Below are positions 38,204 through 50,249 of a DNA stretch of 64,000 bases, one piece after another. The notes beneath the pieces were generated by a model. The model made no database searches, was not told the origin of the DNA, and saw only the letters and a program-made list of their open reading frames with translations. The position numbers and the translations under genes are program-made. Numbering within the stretch: position 1 is the first letter of the stretch; every line of letters starts with the position of its first letter. The DNA lies in the NCBI GenBank assembly GCA_032718475.1, contig JAUCBJ010004813.1:1-64000 (forward strand), written 5' to 3'. The DNA is from Nemertoderma westbladi (taxonomy: Eukaryota > Animalia > Xenacoelomorpha).

Positions 38204-40445
38204 GCTTCTTTATTGCAGTAAGCAATAAAGTTGAAAGTACCGGTCAACCGGTAAACCTGAATGGTACTTCAGTAGGTCAGTAGGCCCAACCGCCAGAACC
38301 GGTACTGCCGTAGGTCAGTAGGCCCAACTGCCAGAACCGGTACTTCTGTAGGTCCGTAGGCCTAACTGTCCTAACCGGTACTCCCGTATAAGTACACTAG
38401 TATTATTCGATTTGATTGTTGCATACCGGTAGGCTATTTAAGGGATTAGGGATTGATCACCCCTTATTCCTTTATATGGTTTACTTATTTCTGTCAAGTT
38501 TTATTTATTTGTAGGCCAGTATTGAGCAGAAGGCGTGTAAGCCTGCTCAGATTGTACAGACAATTTGTAGGCTGAGCTGTTGTCTGATTGCTGTTAAGTC
38601 CGAACGGATTGCAGTGTGTGTAGATCATCTGTCCGATAAAGAACGGTTAGGAAGTAGGGGCAGCGAATGCTGTAAGGTAAACCCCCAACTAAAGAATAAG
38701 TCGTACTACTGGGTTAGAACGCATACTACCTAATCATTTCGGAGTCTGCATGTCCTGTAGTTTATTTAGGCTTGAGAGTAGTCTGCCATCGTTTAGTCTG
38801 TACTTTGTTTGTGTAAGTCTGTACGGGTAGCGTATAATATTTATTTAGATAATTTGTAGGCTGGATAGTTGTCTGGTTGTTATTAGGTCTGAACGGATTG
38901 CAGTGTGTGTAGATCACCTGTCCGATAAAGAACGGTTAGGAAGTAGGGGCAGCGAATGCTGTAAGGTAAACCCCCAACTAAAGAATAAGTCGTACTACTG
39001 GGTTAGAACGCATACTACCTAATCATTTCGGAGTCTGCATGTCCTGTAGTTTATTTAGGCTTGATAGTAGTCTGTCAGTGTTTGGTCTGCATTTTGTTTG
39101 AGTAGTTTGTACGCGTAGCGTAATATTTATTATTCAGAGTTTATGTGATTATTCGCAACATTCATTCCCCAAGTTTGTTCCTACAGTAATTGTGCTTGTT
39201 ATACATACCGCTATAGTTAAATTAACCCCGGTACTACACGGGCTGCTTGGCGTAGGTAAAGACTGGTGATTTTGTGCACCGGTTACTCCAGCAGATGCCG
39301 TGGTTCTTTTAGCTGTTCAAGTATATTTAACTACTGATTATCTGTTCTACAAGTACTCGTACCTAATTTAGGGTTTAGTGTACAGTGCTTTCCGAAAGTA
39401 ATTAGTGTAGGCATTATATTTGTGTTGTAAAGTGGTTGATAGGCACGTTCGATTAGCTCTATTAACTTCTAGGTAGGAACACTCCGTGATACATAACGTA
39501 GTACCTATAGCGATACGGCTATAGGTCGTCAGGCGGTGGTATTTTCCTATCTGGACAACGCAGTGTATTTACTGCTACGTATTATTTTCAAATAACCGCA
39601 GTACCCTGTCCGTTGTAATAACCAGTTTTCTAACCCTTTGTTAGGCTGGTTTGTAGACTTCTTGTAAAATTACCCTAAAAATTCGTATTTTGTGTTTTTG
39701 TAAATTTTTGTGTTTATTTAGAGATTGTAATCTCACCTGAATTGTACGTAATTTGTAGTATTAAGTAACTTAGGTAAATTAGAATCATTTGTTTTAGTGT
39801 ACTATACGTAACACTTCACTGAAAGCGCACCGCTTTGTGTAGTGATTACTCCCCAGAAATAATAACATTTATTTCAAACATTGACAAAACCCATTAAAAC
39901 GGGTATATATATGTTATAAATCAACTCAAACGATTTATAAATAGTAGGCCTGCCATACAACCATTAGGTCTCAATATCAGTTGGATTACTGCTCAAATAA
40001 CGGTAATAAAGTAAGTAAAGTAACTAAGTAACCCTAAAATTCAGAAATTCAATTATTTAAAATAATTGATATACCGGTATTTACGATAGGCCTATTATCT
40101 TTATTTCTATAAGTTTTGGCTGAAATTATACCGGTACTTGTAATTAATTCTATTCCAGAATTATAATTATATACTACAAAACTGTAAGCTGTATACCGGT
40201 ATTCCGATAGGCCTATTATATATTTATATATATTTGTGCTAAATTTATACCGGTATTCTGTGATAAACCTAGTCTGTAATAATAGTTATATATACTATAA
40301 GCATACCGGTATTCTAATATATTATATATCACGCTACACTGAGTAGCAGTACCGGTAATTAATTACTAGGCTATCAGTTAATACTGAGTTACTAGACTTG
40401 CCCAGACTGTAATACAGCAGTAGACATTCAACTGTAAACATAAAC

Positions 40446-43400
40446 ATGTCTGATACTAAGCAGAACCTGTCGGACAGTTTATTAGATGTAACTATCTGCG
40501 ACTCAGATAGAGACGTAGAACCGTCTGGTCGTAAGTTCAGTTCACCTCCCACTGTGAGGAAGGTCACCCCTCCAGTAGTAATAAGAGAACCTAGGCTGGT
40601 CCAACATCGTAGGTCTATCATAGGCACGCGAGCTCAGGTCAAGCGGAACCAAGAAGCAGCGGAACAGCAACAACCCGCGAGCCAAGAACTTACTTCTCAA
40701 CGGCCCAACAGCTCCAGTAGTGAGGATACTGTAGAGCTGACACCCGAACGCGGAGCAAGGATGACGGATGAGGCTTATTCAGATCCCCTTCTCATCCTTC
40801 CTGCAGCCGTACTCACTAGGTTATTGATCGCTGTGGAAGAACACCAGATCGATTGGGCGAGAAGCCAGCGTTCAACTAGAGATAGTTATGCTGGATACAC
40901 AAGGGAAGAACTGAAGTCCATGGTCGAGTCGCAATGGAACTTCCCCGGACCCGGACTCCCGTTTGATTTATCAGAAGCTGCCTGGGAAGACATACACCGG
41001 ATGGGAGTAGCCAAGGAAACCATCGATCCAGCTGTGTGGAAGAGGTCCGCAGCCGGATACGCACAGGGATTCTTCAGCTCTATAGAGCGATTAAAAGAAC
41101 AACTGTTTCAACAACCTCAAGGACCTCAAGAGCAGGGATTGCTGCTTTATCAAGTTAGAGAAAGAATTCTACGAATCAGGCTAATATTATCGTCCTTTGA
41201 GGAGGCTTCTAAACGAAGGCAAGACACGTCGTTGCAAGTTGCCATAAAGACTTGGTTTCAACGGGTGAGTCTCCAGGTTCAAGGAACAGCTCAGTGGAAA
41301 GCTCAGCTGGAGGAGCGCTCAACCCATGGAGAATCAACAGACGCTACTTTTTCCCAAGTGGAAAGTGAAGCAACGGCAGAGAAACCGCATAAGAGGGATG
41401 CCATTGACATCTATCTGTCAGACTATCAACGTTTTTTAGGTGATGACGAGTTGAGGAGAATGTTAGAGGGGCTTAGCCCTAATAGTGAAGGAACCAAGCT
41501 TGTGCTGGATGCTATCGATGTGGAAATGAGAGCTGCGAACCAGGCTAAATTTGATGAACAACTCCGCATCACACGAGTCCAGGAGGAGCAAGTCAAGAAA
41601 AAACGTATAGAAGACAGAAAGACAGCAGCAGTGGCAGCGGCAGAAGCAGAAAGAAAAGCGGCAGTGGCAGCGGCAGAGGCAGAGGCAGAAGCCGAAAGAA
41701 AGGCGGCAGAGGCAGAGGCAGAAGCCGAAAGAAAGGCGGCAGAGGCAGAGGCAGAAGCCGAAAGAAAAGTGGCAGCGGCAGCGGCCGAAGCAGAAAGAAA
41801 GGCGGCTGTAACAGCGGCCGAGGCAGTAGCAGAAGCAGAACGGAGAGCTTCCGAAGAAACCACCCAATTAGAATTGGAAAACATTCAGGAGAATCAAGAC
41901 TGCATAAATAAACAGTTAACAGCTAGTAATATGCAGATGATGAATCGATCTACTCCCAAAAGACAGGGATATACATCATCTGAGGAAGGCGATACCACCG
42001 ATACTGAAGGCAAAGGAAATAGATCTCGTCTAAGCAGACGTAAAAGAACATTCCACCGTCAGAAATTGCCTGATTTGCCTCCAGCTGTTAGAAGGCAACT
42101 AAATAACACCAACTTAGGTAGTACAGAGCCCACAGACCAAATAATTAAAATAGAAAGACTCCCTACTATAGTAGATGAGCCTGAAATAATTAGGCCTGTT
42201 CTTGAAATCACCCCTTCGGTGATAGACACACCTGTGCTCCCTGAAACTACCTCTAAATTCCCTCTGCATAGCACTAAGCTACCTGTGCCCCGTAGAACTG
42301 CCCAGGAGACAGTTCAGGTTCTGGACCCCGAGCGAAATATTCATAATTTGTCGCCCGTTGTCCCTCGTCCGCCCGCTACAACGTTGGCGACTCCCGCTTC
42401 GGCGGTCGAATGGGTGGACGAGAGACGGCGGGGGATGGATCTCCTGCTCGGGCAGATGCAGGAGACTGTCCAGCAATTCAAGGGCACAGTAAGGGAAAGT
42501 AGGCTAGAGTTGCAAGAAGTGCAACAAAGTATCGCGCTAGAACGCGATAAATTAGTAAATACTCAAAGGGGTATACCGCCACCCTCTGTAACAATGTGTC
42601 AACCTGTTAGGTCTGAAGTATCTCATGCGCAAGGTGTGGAGCCTACACGCATATATACTGCTAGCGAAGTAGAAACTCCTATAGTGAACCCTATTAAGGG
42701 TAATTATAGACCTGTTGATAATGACATTCCCTATAGAGCTGATCATAATCCGAGACATTTATATACCGATAACTCGATATTAAATAACACGATGGCCCAA
42801 GAAAGTTTTACGCGCCAAATGGCTAGAACCGAAGCCCGGCAAGCGGTAAAGGTGGGAGAGATCGTCAAGTTCAATGGAGATGAGATGAAATGGTTACCTT
42901 TTAATGAATATTACAAAGATAACATACAGAACTCTGTACTATCTAATGGAGAGAAACTTAGATTCCTCATAGAGTGCTTGGAAGGATCTCCCAAGTCAAT
43001 GGCGTTAAAGTTTATTGGACATCCAGACGGATTAAGACAAGTTTGGGACACACTAAACATCAGGTATGGTAATAGGAATAATATCGCTAAGTATTTATAT
43101 GCAAAATTAGTAGCGCCCAGGAAGTTCATCAGCAGTGGGATAATAGAGTTTTCCGATGAGATTCAAGAGATCTGTAGACAATTAGATTGGTTAGGTAAGT
43201 CTCATGAATACCAAAGTTCTATGGTCATTGGAGCTGTGGCTTCTACTTTACCGAAAGGTGGGGTAGGCACACGCTGGGATAAGAAAGTACTATATATGAT
43301 GGAACAACAACGACGAGACCCTACCATGGCTGATCTCATGTCATTCCTAGATGGAGAAGTGAAATTACAGCTCCTGAAACTGTCTAGGGAGAAGACACCG

Positions 43401-46400
43401 GAAAACAAGGTAAGTGAAAAACCCGTCTCTAGGAGAAAGGTAACACCAGTGTGTTATACAGACGACGGCGAAAGCCAGACTTCTCAAGGAGAAGATAGCG
43501 GGAAAGACACTGATAGATCTTATTACGTAAATAAAATGCCTAAAGATCAGGTAAGTAAATTCAAGTCTCGAACAAATGACAGGAGAGAACAGGTAAGAAA
43601 AACTCCTCCTACGTCTCCCAAGAGAATTCCGGTGAGAAAGCCCGAAGAAAAGGCAAGTGTACACAATGTGACTCAAAATAAGGTAAGTAACATCAAACCG
43701 AAATGTGCGCTGTGTGACGGGACCCACCGTTTGAATATGTGTGATGAATTCCTGAAGAAGTCATTAACGGAGAGACGCGAAGTCATGTGGGATAAGCGGT
43801 TATGTTATAATTGCCTCAGACAAGGACACCAACGGCGTACCTGTTTCTCTGACATAAGGTGTGCAAAGTGTGGTGCGAAACATCATATCTTGTTGCACGC
43901 TGAATTCGATCGAAATAGTCCGAGTCAGGTAAGTGATTCCGAGCTACATGTCCAATTCAGTGATGTGAACGACACTGATCAATCTGAGATGGAAGGATTC
44001 TATACAGACGAGTTCTCCGACGAAAACGAATCCTGTTACATGATAAATACCGCAGTGTATCGAGCACTCACATATGAAAAGGATACAGACAGCGACTTCA
44101 CTCTAACCACTTCTGAACGACAACCATCTTGGAAAGAGCCATCTTCCAATGTAGGGATCCGAGAGTTTCCTGTGGTGCAAGTAAGGGTTCACGGACCTAA
44201 GAGGAGTTATGTAGTGAACGCCCTCCTTGACTCCGGTAGTACAGGAACATTCATCGACAAAGAGCTAGCCGAAGATATATTTGCTGGACAACCCAAGTTC
44301 CAAACCAAGCTCAACATGTCCGGCATTATGCAAGTTTGGAAATCTACAATAACAGCTGATTATTATGTAGGCGCGTTGTCCACCCCACAAGACGAACTAG
44401 GAGAACATAGCATAAGGTCAGTGAAAATGGTAGCTATAAAGAACTTCGCTACTACTCAAGCAGACCTTTATAATTGGGACGAGGATGAGAGCATCCAACA
44501 TCTTAACATACCTCGATTCCAGACTGATTATCCTGGAGTGCAAATACTCATCGGCCAAAACGCGCATGAGGCGCTGGAGACATTAGAGAAACGGCCTGCT
44601 CAACCGCAGCCACTACAGACCTATGCGGTAAGAACTAGAGTAGGTTGGTACTTTACTGGCCCTTCCCGTAGAACACTCAGAGAAAGACTACCTCAAGAGA
44701 ACGTCTGCCAGGTGAGTGAATGGGAAGAGAGTACTAGTGAGGGAGACGATTCAACTGAGGGAATTCCATACTCCTCAGATAACGACGACGTTCACCAGCT
44801 TTTTGATGAGGAGAATACCATCGACCTCCTTAAGGAAAACGAGGCTTGGCAAAACCAAGTGAACTTATGTCAACTTCTTTATCCATCTGAACAAGAAGCT
44901 TATAACGACGAGTTAAATGACGTCATTGAGCGTCATAATGCCAAGACTCGAGACGAACATGCCGTACGATTCTTTACGCAAGAGGCGGTAGAGCCCAATT
45001 CCTACGATAAAGCCTTGTCGGTGGAAGAGGAAAGGGCCAAGCAGATCCAAGAGACAACTACACGTTTCCTCAAAGATCAAGGTAGGTATGAAGTCGGTTT
45101 ACCTTTCCGCAAGAAAGAACCGAAGTTCATCAATAACAGACCCTTGGCGGAAAAAAGAATCGCGCAACTCCATCGACGCCTTACGGCTAATTCTTCAGCT
45201 AAAGCAATGTATCAAACACAGCTGGAAAAATTTATTAGTAAGGGATACGCGGAGAGAGTACCGGAAGAAACACCTGTGACTGAAAGAACGTATTACTTAA
45301 CTCACCATTACGTTCCTAAACCCGGTAAGCCACATGAAGTGAGAGTAGTGTTTGATGGCTCCGCTCTTTACATGGGTCAATCCCTTAACTCTGAATTGTT
45401 ACCCGGACCCAACTTGCTTCAATCTTTGTTGGGAATTCTTTTAAGATTGAGACAATATTCGATTGCTTTCGCCTCCGATATAGAAGGCATGTTCTTACAA
45501 GTCAAGGTGTTAGATAGGGATCGAGATAGTCTACGATTTCTGTGGTGGCCCGAAGGAGACCTCAACCAGAAACCGGTGGAGTACTGGATGACCATCCAGG
45601 CCTTTGGGATAATCTCAAGCCCTTCCAACGCCTGTTCGGTAGTGCGTACCACCGCAGAGGACAACCGAGAGGCCTTCTCTAAGGAAGTGATCGACAACAT
45701 CAAGAGAGACATATACATGGACGACAATCTGAAGTCCCTTCCATCAGTTGAGGAAGCCATTGAGGTCGCTAAAGGAACGGTAGAGTGCTTAAAAAGAGGT
45801 GGGTTTCGATTAACCAAATTCACCAGCAACTCCCGTGAGTTTCTGGAGTCGATCCCTGCGGAAGATCGAGGAGCGAAAGATCTCGATTTGATCAAAGATG
45901 ATCTGCCAGAAACCAAGACACTCGGCTTGAAATGGGACACAGAGCGAGATATCCTGTTTTTCCAGCTAAAACAGCGAGATAATCCAGTTCGAACCAAACG
46001 GATTTGCTTAAGTATACTGAGCACTTATTTCGATCCATTGGGATTTATTAGCCCAGTTATATTGATTGCTCGTAGTTTGGTACAACAAATGTGGCTTGAA
46101 AACCACTCATGGGACGATCCACTTAAGGGAGAATTATTGAAGAAGTGGATGGAATGGGAAGATTCTCTGCCGGCTATCGAGGATTTTATAATTTCCCGTT
46201 CATATTTTGGTCATGTTCTCCCTACGTATTCCTATCAACTCCATGTGTTTGGAGACGCCAGCGATATGGGAATAGGTATAGTAGCCTACCTAAGAGTGGA
46301 AACTCCGGATGGAATCAAAGTCGCCTTGGTTACTTCTAAGGCATTAATCAACAACAAGTTGAAAGTTCCTCGAGCGGAGTTAAAAGCGGCTCTATACGCT

Positions 46401-48599
46401 ACAGCCATCGGCCGGAATGTAACAGAACAGATTGACTATCCATTAGAGAAAACGGTCTATTGGACCGACGCTTTACTCGTGTTAGAGTATATAACCAATG
46501 AAGTCTGTCAGTTCAGCGTCTTCGTTACCAACAGGGTAGCCATCATACTTAGTCGCACGACGATGGACCAATGGAGACATTGCCCCGGAACGATTAATCC
46601 AGCAGACATCGCTTCCCGAGGAGCGACTCCAAAGGAATTGGTAAATACTCCCGAATGGTTAGGAGGACCCGACTTTCTCTACAGAGAAGAAGAAGAATGG
46701 CCTCCCCATCTCACAACAGCAGAGATCAGACAGGCCAAGGGAGCGGAGAAAGTTAAACCCAAAACTCGAGCGAGTAAATCGAAGTTGTTTAAACCTGCGG
46801 TTGATCTATCTGTATTATTTACTTCCGGAGAGGATGCTTTGGATCAGAAACCCACCGCCACGGATAAAGAAGTCTTGGAAATTCGTGACAAGGATTGGAA
46901 ATCTGGAATACCAGATATCTCACAAGGACTCTCACCTCTCTTGCAGAGAGCGATACGTCACTACAGTTCCTGGAATCGGCTCTGTAAAGCCGTCACCTAT
47001 TTAAAACGATGTTTTCATCATCGTTACTCCGGGACCAAGACCAATAGGGATGATGCTCCATCAACATCTGCACGAGTCCATGTTGTTAAAGATCTTCCCC
47101 AATACAAGGTATCCGACAGGTTTCTAAAGGAGAAGATCAGTTACCAGGAGCATGATGAAACCAACAAACAGATGCTGAGACTTCTACAATGTTATGAGGA
47201 TTCCGATAAGTATTTCCTGTTGTTAAGAAATCCACAGATGCGCTTAAGGGATCACTTCTCTAGTACCATGATAGATGGGTTAATACGTGTTGGAGGTAGA
47301 CTGACCAACGCTCCATTATCCTTTGACACTAAGTTTCCCATCCTCATTAGAAATCTTGACATACAAATCAAGATGATTGTAGATGTTCATAGCAAACTGT
47401 ACCATGCTGGTAGAGAACGAGTTCTGAGCGAAATTCGCACTCGCTACTATTTTTATAAACCCCGTAGGGCTCTGAACCAAGTTCTTAGGAACTGCATGCC
47501 CTGTAGGAAAGCATTCAGTAGGCCTTTAACACAGCGAGAGGCAGAATTACCTAGGGAAAGAGTAAGCTTCTATGAACCACCCTTTACTAATACCGGTGTG
47601 GATTTATTTGGCCCTATTGAAGTATATCGTGCCCGGACTATAGTCAAGAGATGGTGTGTCATCTTCATTTGTATGACTTGTAGAGCTATCCATCTCGATA
47701 TGGTAAACGATCTATCCACCAACAGCTTCGTGTTGAGTTTACGACGACAGATCGCTCGCTTCGGAACCAGTAACACGATGAGATCGGATAAGGGAACGAA
47801 CTTCATTGGCGCCAACAACGAAATTCAAGCTTACGTAAAGGACTGGAACAAAAGACAGGTGGACGATCAGCTAAGGATAACAGCGTCTAGCTGGACCTTC
47901 AACGCCGCCGACGCCCCTTGGTGGGGAGGAAGTTGGGAGAGATTGATTAGGAGCGTGAAGACTGCGTTCCACTTTATTGTGCCTTGTCGCGCTTATCTCA
48001 CCGACGAACTATTGCGGACGTTAATGGAGGAAATCGCCGCCTATCTCAACGAAAGACCGCTTATGCCAGTCTCTTCAAGTCCGGATTCCCTGGAAGCGCT
48101 AACACCCGCGCACTTTCTACTGAAGAAACCCGTAGCCATGCTCCCACGATCGGAGATCACAGACGGAGACGAGTACTGCCGTCAAACCTGGCAACTTATG
48201 CAGTTGCTATCCCGTCGTTTCGCTGACCATTTCGAGAAACATTACCTGCCCACTCTACAACTTCGAACTAAGTGGTTTGCGCAGCAAGAAAACGTCAGCG
48301 CTGGAGACATGGTGCTTATTGTGGACCCCGATCTCCCACGTAAGCGATGGCAAACAGGACGTATCATCGAGACTCATATCTCGAGCGATGGTTTGGTGCG
48401 ATCAGTAGAGCTCGTCGTCATGCGTCGTAACTTTAAGAAACCAGGGATAGTCTTTGAGACTCAACAGCTCAACCGCCCAGTGGGTCGTTTATGTTTACTG
48501 GAAAGAGACAGAGAGCTCTCCGGAAACTATGGAAGGCAAGAAACCCTTCCCACGACCACTTCCCTAATCCAACCGACATCTAGGGACTCCCCAACTTAA
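40446..48599 (+). CDS. BEL/Pao gag-pol polyprotein (2717 aa)
   Basis: Long N-terminus with AEAERKAA repeats, gag core (FNGDEMKW..EKLRFLIECLEG), three Cys/His knuckles, LLDSGST protease, YMDD RT, FDPLG / FGDAS..PRAEL..WTD RNase H, HHCC + DDE integrase (GVDLFGP, SDKGTNF, GSWERLI), BEL-type C-terminus. Confidence 0.97.
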   Translation: MSDTKQNLSDSLLDVTICDSDRDVEPSGRKFSSPPTVRKVTPPVVIREPRLVQHRRSIIGTRAQVKRNQEAAEQQQPASQELTSQRPNSSSSEDTVELTPERGARMTDEAYSDPLLILPAAVLTRLLIAVEEHQIDWARSQRSTRDSYAGYTREELKSMVESQWNFPGPGLPFDLSEAAWEDIHRMGVAKETIDPAVWKRSAAGYAQGFFSSIERLKEQLFQQPQGPQEQGLLLYQVRERILRIRLILSSFEEASKRRQDTSLQVAIKTWFQRVSLQVQGTAQWKAQLEERSTHGESTDATFSQVESEATAEKPHKRDAIDIYLSDYQRFLGDDELRRMLEGLSPNSEGTKLVLDAIDVEMRAANQAKFDEQLRITRVQEEQVKKKRIEDRKTAAVAAAEAERKAAVAAAEAEAEAERKAAEAEAEAERKAAEAEAEAERKVAAAAAEAERKAAVTAAEAVAEAERRASEETTQLELENIQENQDCINKQLTASNMQMMNRSTPKRQGYTSSEEGDTTDTEGKGNRSRLSRRKRTFHRQKLPDLPPAVRRQLNNTNLGSTEPTDQIIKIERLPTIVDEPEIIRPVLEITPSVIDTPVLPETTSKFPLHSTKLPVPRRTAQETVQVLDPERNIHNLSPVVPRPPATTLATPASAVEWVDERRRGMDLLLGQMQETVQQFKGTVRESRLELQEVQQSIALERDKLVNTQRGIPPPSVTMCQPVRSEVSHAQGVEPTRIYTASEVETPIVNPIKGNYRPVDNDIPYRADHNPRHLYTDNSILNNTMAQESFTRQMARTEARQAVKVGEIVKFNGDEMKWLPFNEYYKDNIQNSVLSNGEKLRFLIECLEGSPKSMALKFIGHPDGLRQVWDTLNIRYGNRNNIAKYLYAKLVAPRKFISSGIIEFSDEIQEICRQLDWLGKSHEYQSSMVIGAVASTLPKGGVGTRWDKKVLYMMEQQRRDPTMADLMSFLDGEVKLQLLKLSREKTPENKVSEKPVSRRKVTPVCYTDDGESQTSQGEDSGKDTDRSYYVNKMPKDQVSKFKSRTNDRREQVRKTPPTSPKRIPVRKPEEKASVHNVTQNKVSNIKPKCALCDGTHRLNMCDEFLKKSLTERREVMWDKRLCYNCLRQGHQRRTCFSDIRCAKCGAKHHILLHAEFDRNSPSQVSDSELHVQFSDVNDTDQSEMEGFYTDEFSDENESCYMINTAVYRALTYEKDTDSDFTLTTSERQPSWKEPSSNVGIREFPVVQVRVHGPKRSYVVNALLDSGSTGTFIDKELAEDIFAGQPKFQTKLNMSGIMQVWKSTITADYYVGALSTPQDELGEHSIRSVKMVAIKNFATTQADLYNWDEDESIQHLNIPRFQTDYPGVQILIGQNAHEALETLEKRPAQPQPLQTYAVRTRVGWYFTGPSRRTLRERLPQENVCQVSEWEESTSEGDDSTEGIPYSSDNDDVHQLFDEENTIDLLKENEAWQNQVNLCQLLYPSEQEAYNDELNDVIERHNAKTRDEHAVRFFTQEAVEPNSYDKALSVEEERAKQIQETTTRFLKDQGRYEVGLPFRKKEPKFINNRPLAEKRIAQLHRRLTANSSAKAMYQTQLEKFISKGYAERVPEETPVTERTYYLTHHYVPKPGKPHEVRVVFDGSALYMGQSLNSELLPGPNLLQSLLGILLRLRQYSIAFASDIEGMFLQVKVLDRDRDSLRFLWWPEGDLNQKPVEYWMTIQAFGIISSPSNACSVVRTTAEDNREAFSKEVIDNIKRDIYMDDNLKSLPSVEEAIEVAKGTVECLKRGGFRLTKFTSNSREFLESIPAEDRGAKDLDLIKDDLPETKTLGLKWDTERDILFFQLKQRDNPVRTKRICLSILSTYFDPLGFISPVILIARSLVQQMWLENHSWDDPLKGELLKKWMEWEDSLPAIEDFIISRSYFGHVLPTYSYQLHVFGDASDMGIGIVAYLRVETPDGIKVALVTSKALINNKLKVPRAELKAALYATAIGRNVTEQIDYPLEKTVYWTDALLVLEYITNEVCQFSVFVTNRVAIILSRTTMDQWRHCPGTINPADIASRGATPKELVNTPEWLGGPDFLYREEEEWPPHLTTAEIRQAKGAEKVKPKTRASKSKLFKPAVDLSVLFTSGEDALDQKPTATDKEVLEIRDKDWKSGIPDISQGLSPLLQRAIRHYSSWNRLCKAVTYLKRCFHHRYSGTKTNRDDAPSTSARVHVVKDLPQYKVSDRFLKEKISYQEHDETNKQMLRLLQCYEDSDKYFLLLRNPQMRLRDHFSSTMIDGLIRVGGRLTNAPLSFDTKFPILIRNLDIQIKMIVDVHSKLYHAGRERVLSEIRTRYYFYKPRRALNQVLRNCMPCRKAFSRPLTQREAELPRERVSFYEPPFTNTGVDLFGPIEVYRARTIVKRWCVIFICMTCRAIHLDMVNDLSTNSFVLSLRRQIARFGTSNTMRSDKGTNFIGANNEIQAYVKDWNKRQVDDQLRITASSWTFNAADAPWWGGSWERLIRSVKTAFHFIVPCRAYLTDELLRTLMEEIAAYLNERPLMPVSSSPDSLEALTPAHFLLKKPVAMLPRSEITDGDEYCRQTWQLMQLLSRRFADHFEKHYLPTLQLRTKWFAQQENVSAGDMVLIVDPDLPRKRWQTGRIIETHISSDGLVRSVELVVMRRNFKKPGIVFETQQLNRPVGRLCLLERDRELSGNYGRQETLPTTTSLIQPTSRDSPT

Positions 48600-50249
48600 T
48601 ATCGTTCGGAGTGGGCGTATGACTCTATTATTTTATATTATTTTATTATTTTTATAATTATGTGTGTATTACTATGTAATTTTATTATAATCGTTTTATT
48701 TAATTTAGTAGAATATTATTTAGCGATTATTTTGTAGAATAGTGCAATATATTCGTGTTTATTACGTACGTAATTACTTATATTATATTTGGTGCGATGG
48801 CGAGAAATAATTCTTTTTCTCTTTCCTTACTGCCCGTATTCTATTATAAATACGTAACTACAGTAAGATGAAATGTCCGTACTTAGTAAAGTACAATAAA
48901 GCCACTACTATATTTAAGTATTATTGGTGGGCAGAGTAATAGGAATGCAAAGTTCAGATCCTCGTGTCTCGGCTAAACCAAGCTCTGGGTAGACCTTGGA
49001 AACGACTTGCCTCTTCACACTGACATTGCTTCGTGCGATATTGCTCTCATACCGTATATTAAATAATACATATAGTAGCGTGATGTCCCTTTAACAGTAG
49101 CGTATAACGCAAAATAAATCTGTTAAACCCTTTGACCATCTGTAATTCTAGTCGATTAAGATATCGCGGCACCCACCGATATACTTGAAAGACAAATTTT
49201 AGAATCAGTGGTTAACGTCCCCAGACAAGTTCTGGAATAAATTGGTGCCCATCTCAAATATTAATTATTTAATATTTGCAAATCTAATAAATCAAAATCT
49301 GTAAAATTCAGATCCTTCAACAATTCTAGTCAATTAAGATATCGTAGCATTTACCGATATTCTTAAAAAGACAATTGTCATAGAATTAAGGATCTTGCGT
49401 CCCCAGACATGTTCTAGAATCAAAATATGTCAATTTAATTATCAAATAATAAAATTTCAGGGAATAAATTTAAATTCATGTCGCTTAATGAATTTAATAA
49501 ATTGCCATTTTTACGCAATTTATAACATTCCCAAAATTCCATTAATTAATAGATCAAGGGAGCGGAGATTTATCTTATTATGCGTATGAGTGTGCGAAAG
49601 TCTCCCAAACCTAGTCAATAGCCGATAAAATTCATAAAGTCATGTATAAAACAGAACATTGACTATTAAAGAATACTATTAAATAACATCCCAGATCTGT
49701 ATGCATTGGAATTACTCTAATTCTACCGCTAGCTTTGCATAATGTCACCATAGCAACAACCACGCTAGAATTAGAATTGAGTTAAAAGAACAATAGAAAG
49801 CTTGTCCCATTGAATAGCATAGGGAATAAATAGCGCACTACTAGTATCCAAGGATACATAATAATACGGTGACATTCTGGAAGGCATTGACTAATGGACA
49901 AATGGCCCGAATGTGCGTAGTTGTGACCAGTTGTGTGGTATTTGTGAGTTTATAGGTGAATGTTACTGCTAAAGTGTGTTTACAGTAGCTAGTCGCAATC
50001 GTAAAAGTAACCTAACTCTCCAAGGAAAACCTGAAGTACATCTAAGCCTTTGGGACGGACAGTTGAGTGACTTGTGCCGGTTATCGTTGTCGTTGTACGG
50101 CTACGTCGTTGGCGAAAGTATAGCGACAGCGGTACATCGGCGCTGAGAATCTCATACTGTCCGGGGGCAAGGGAGAAGTAGGCAGCGACGCCCGCTCGCC
50201 TAATACATATATAAACTCATTATAATATTGGTGAACTCGTATAGCAGAT

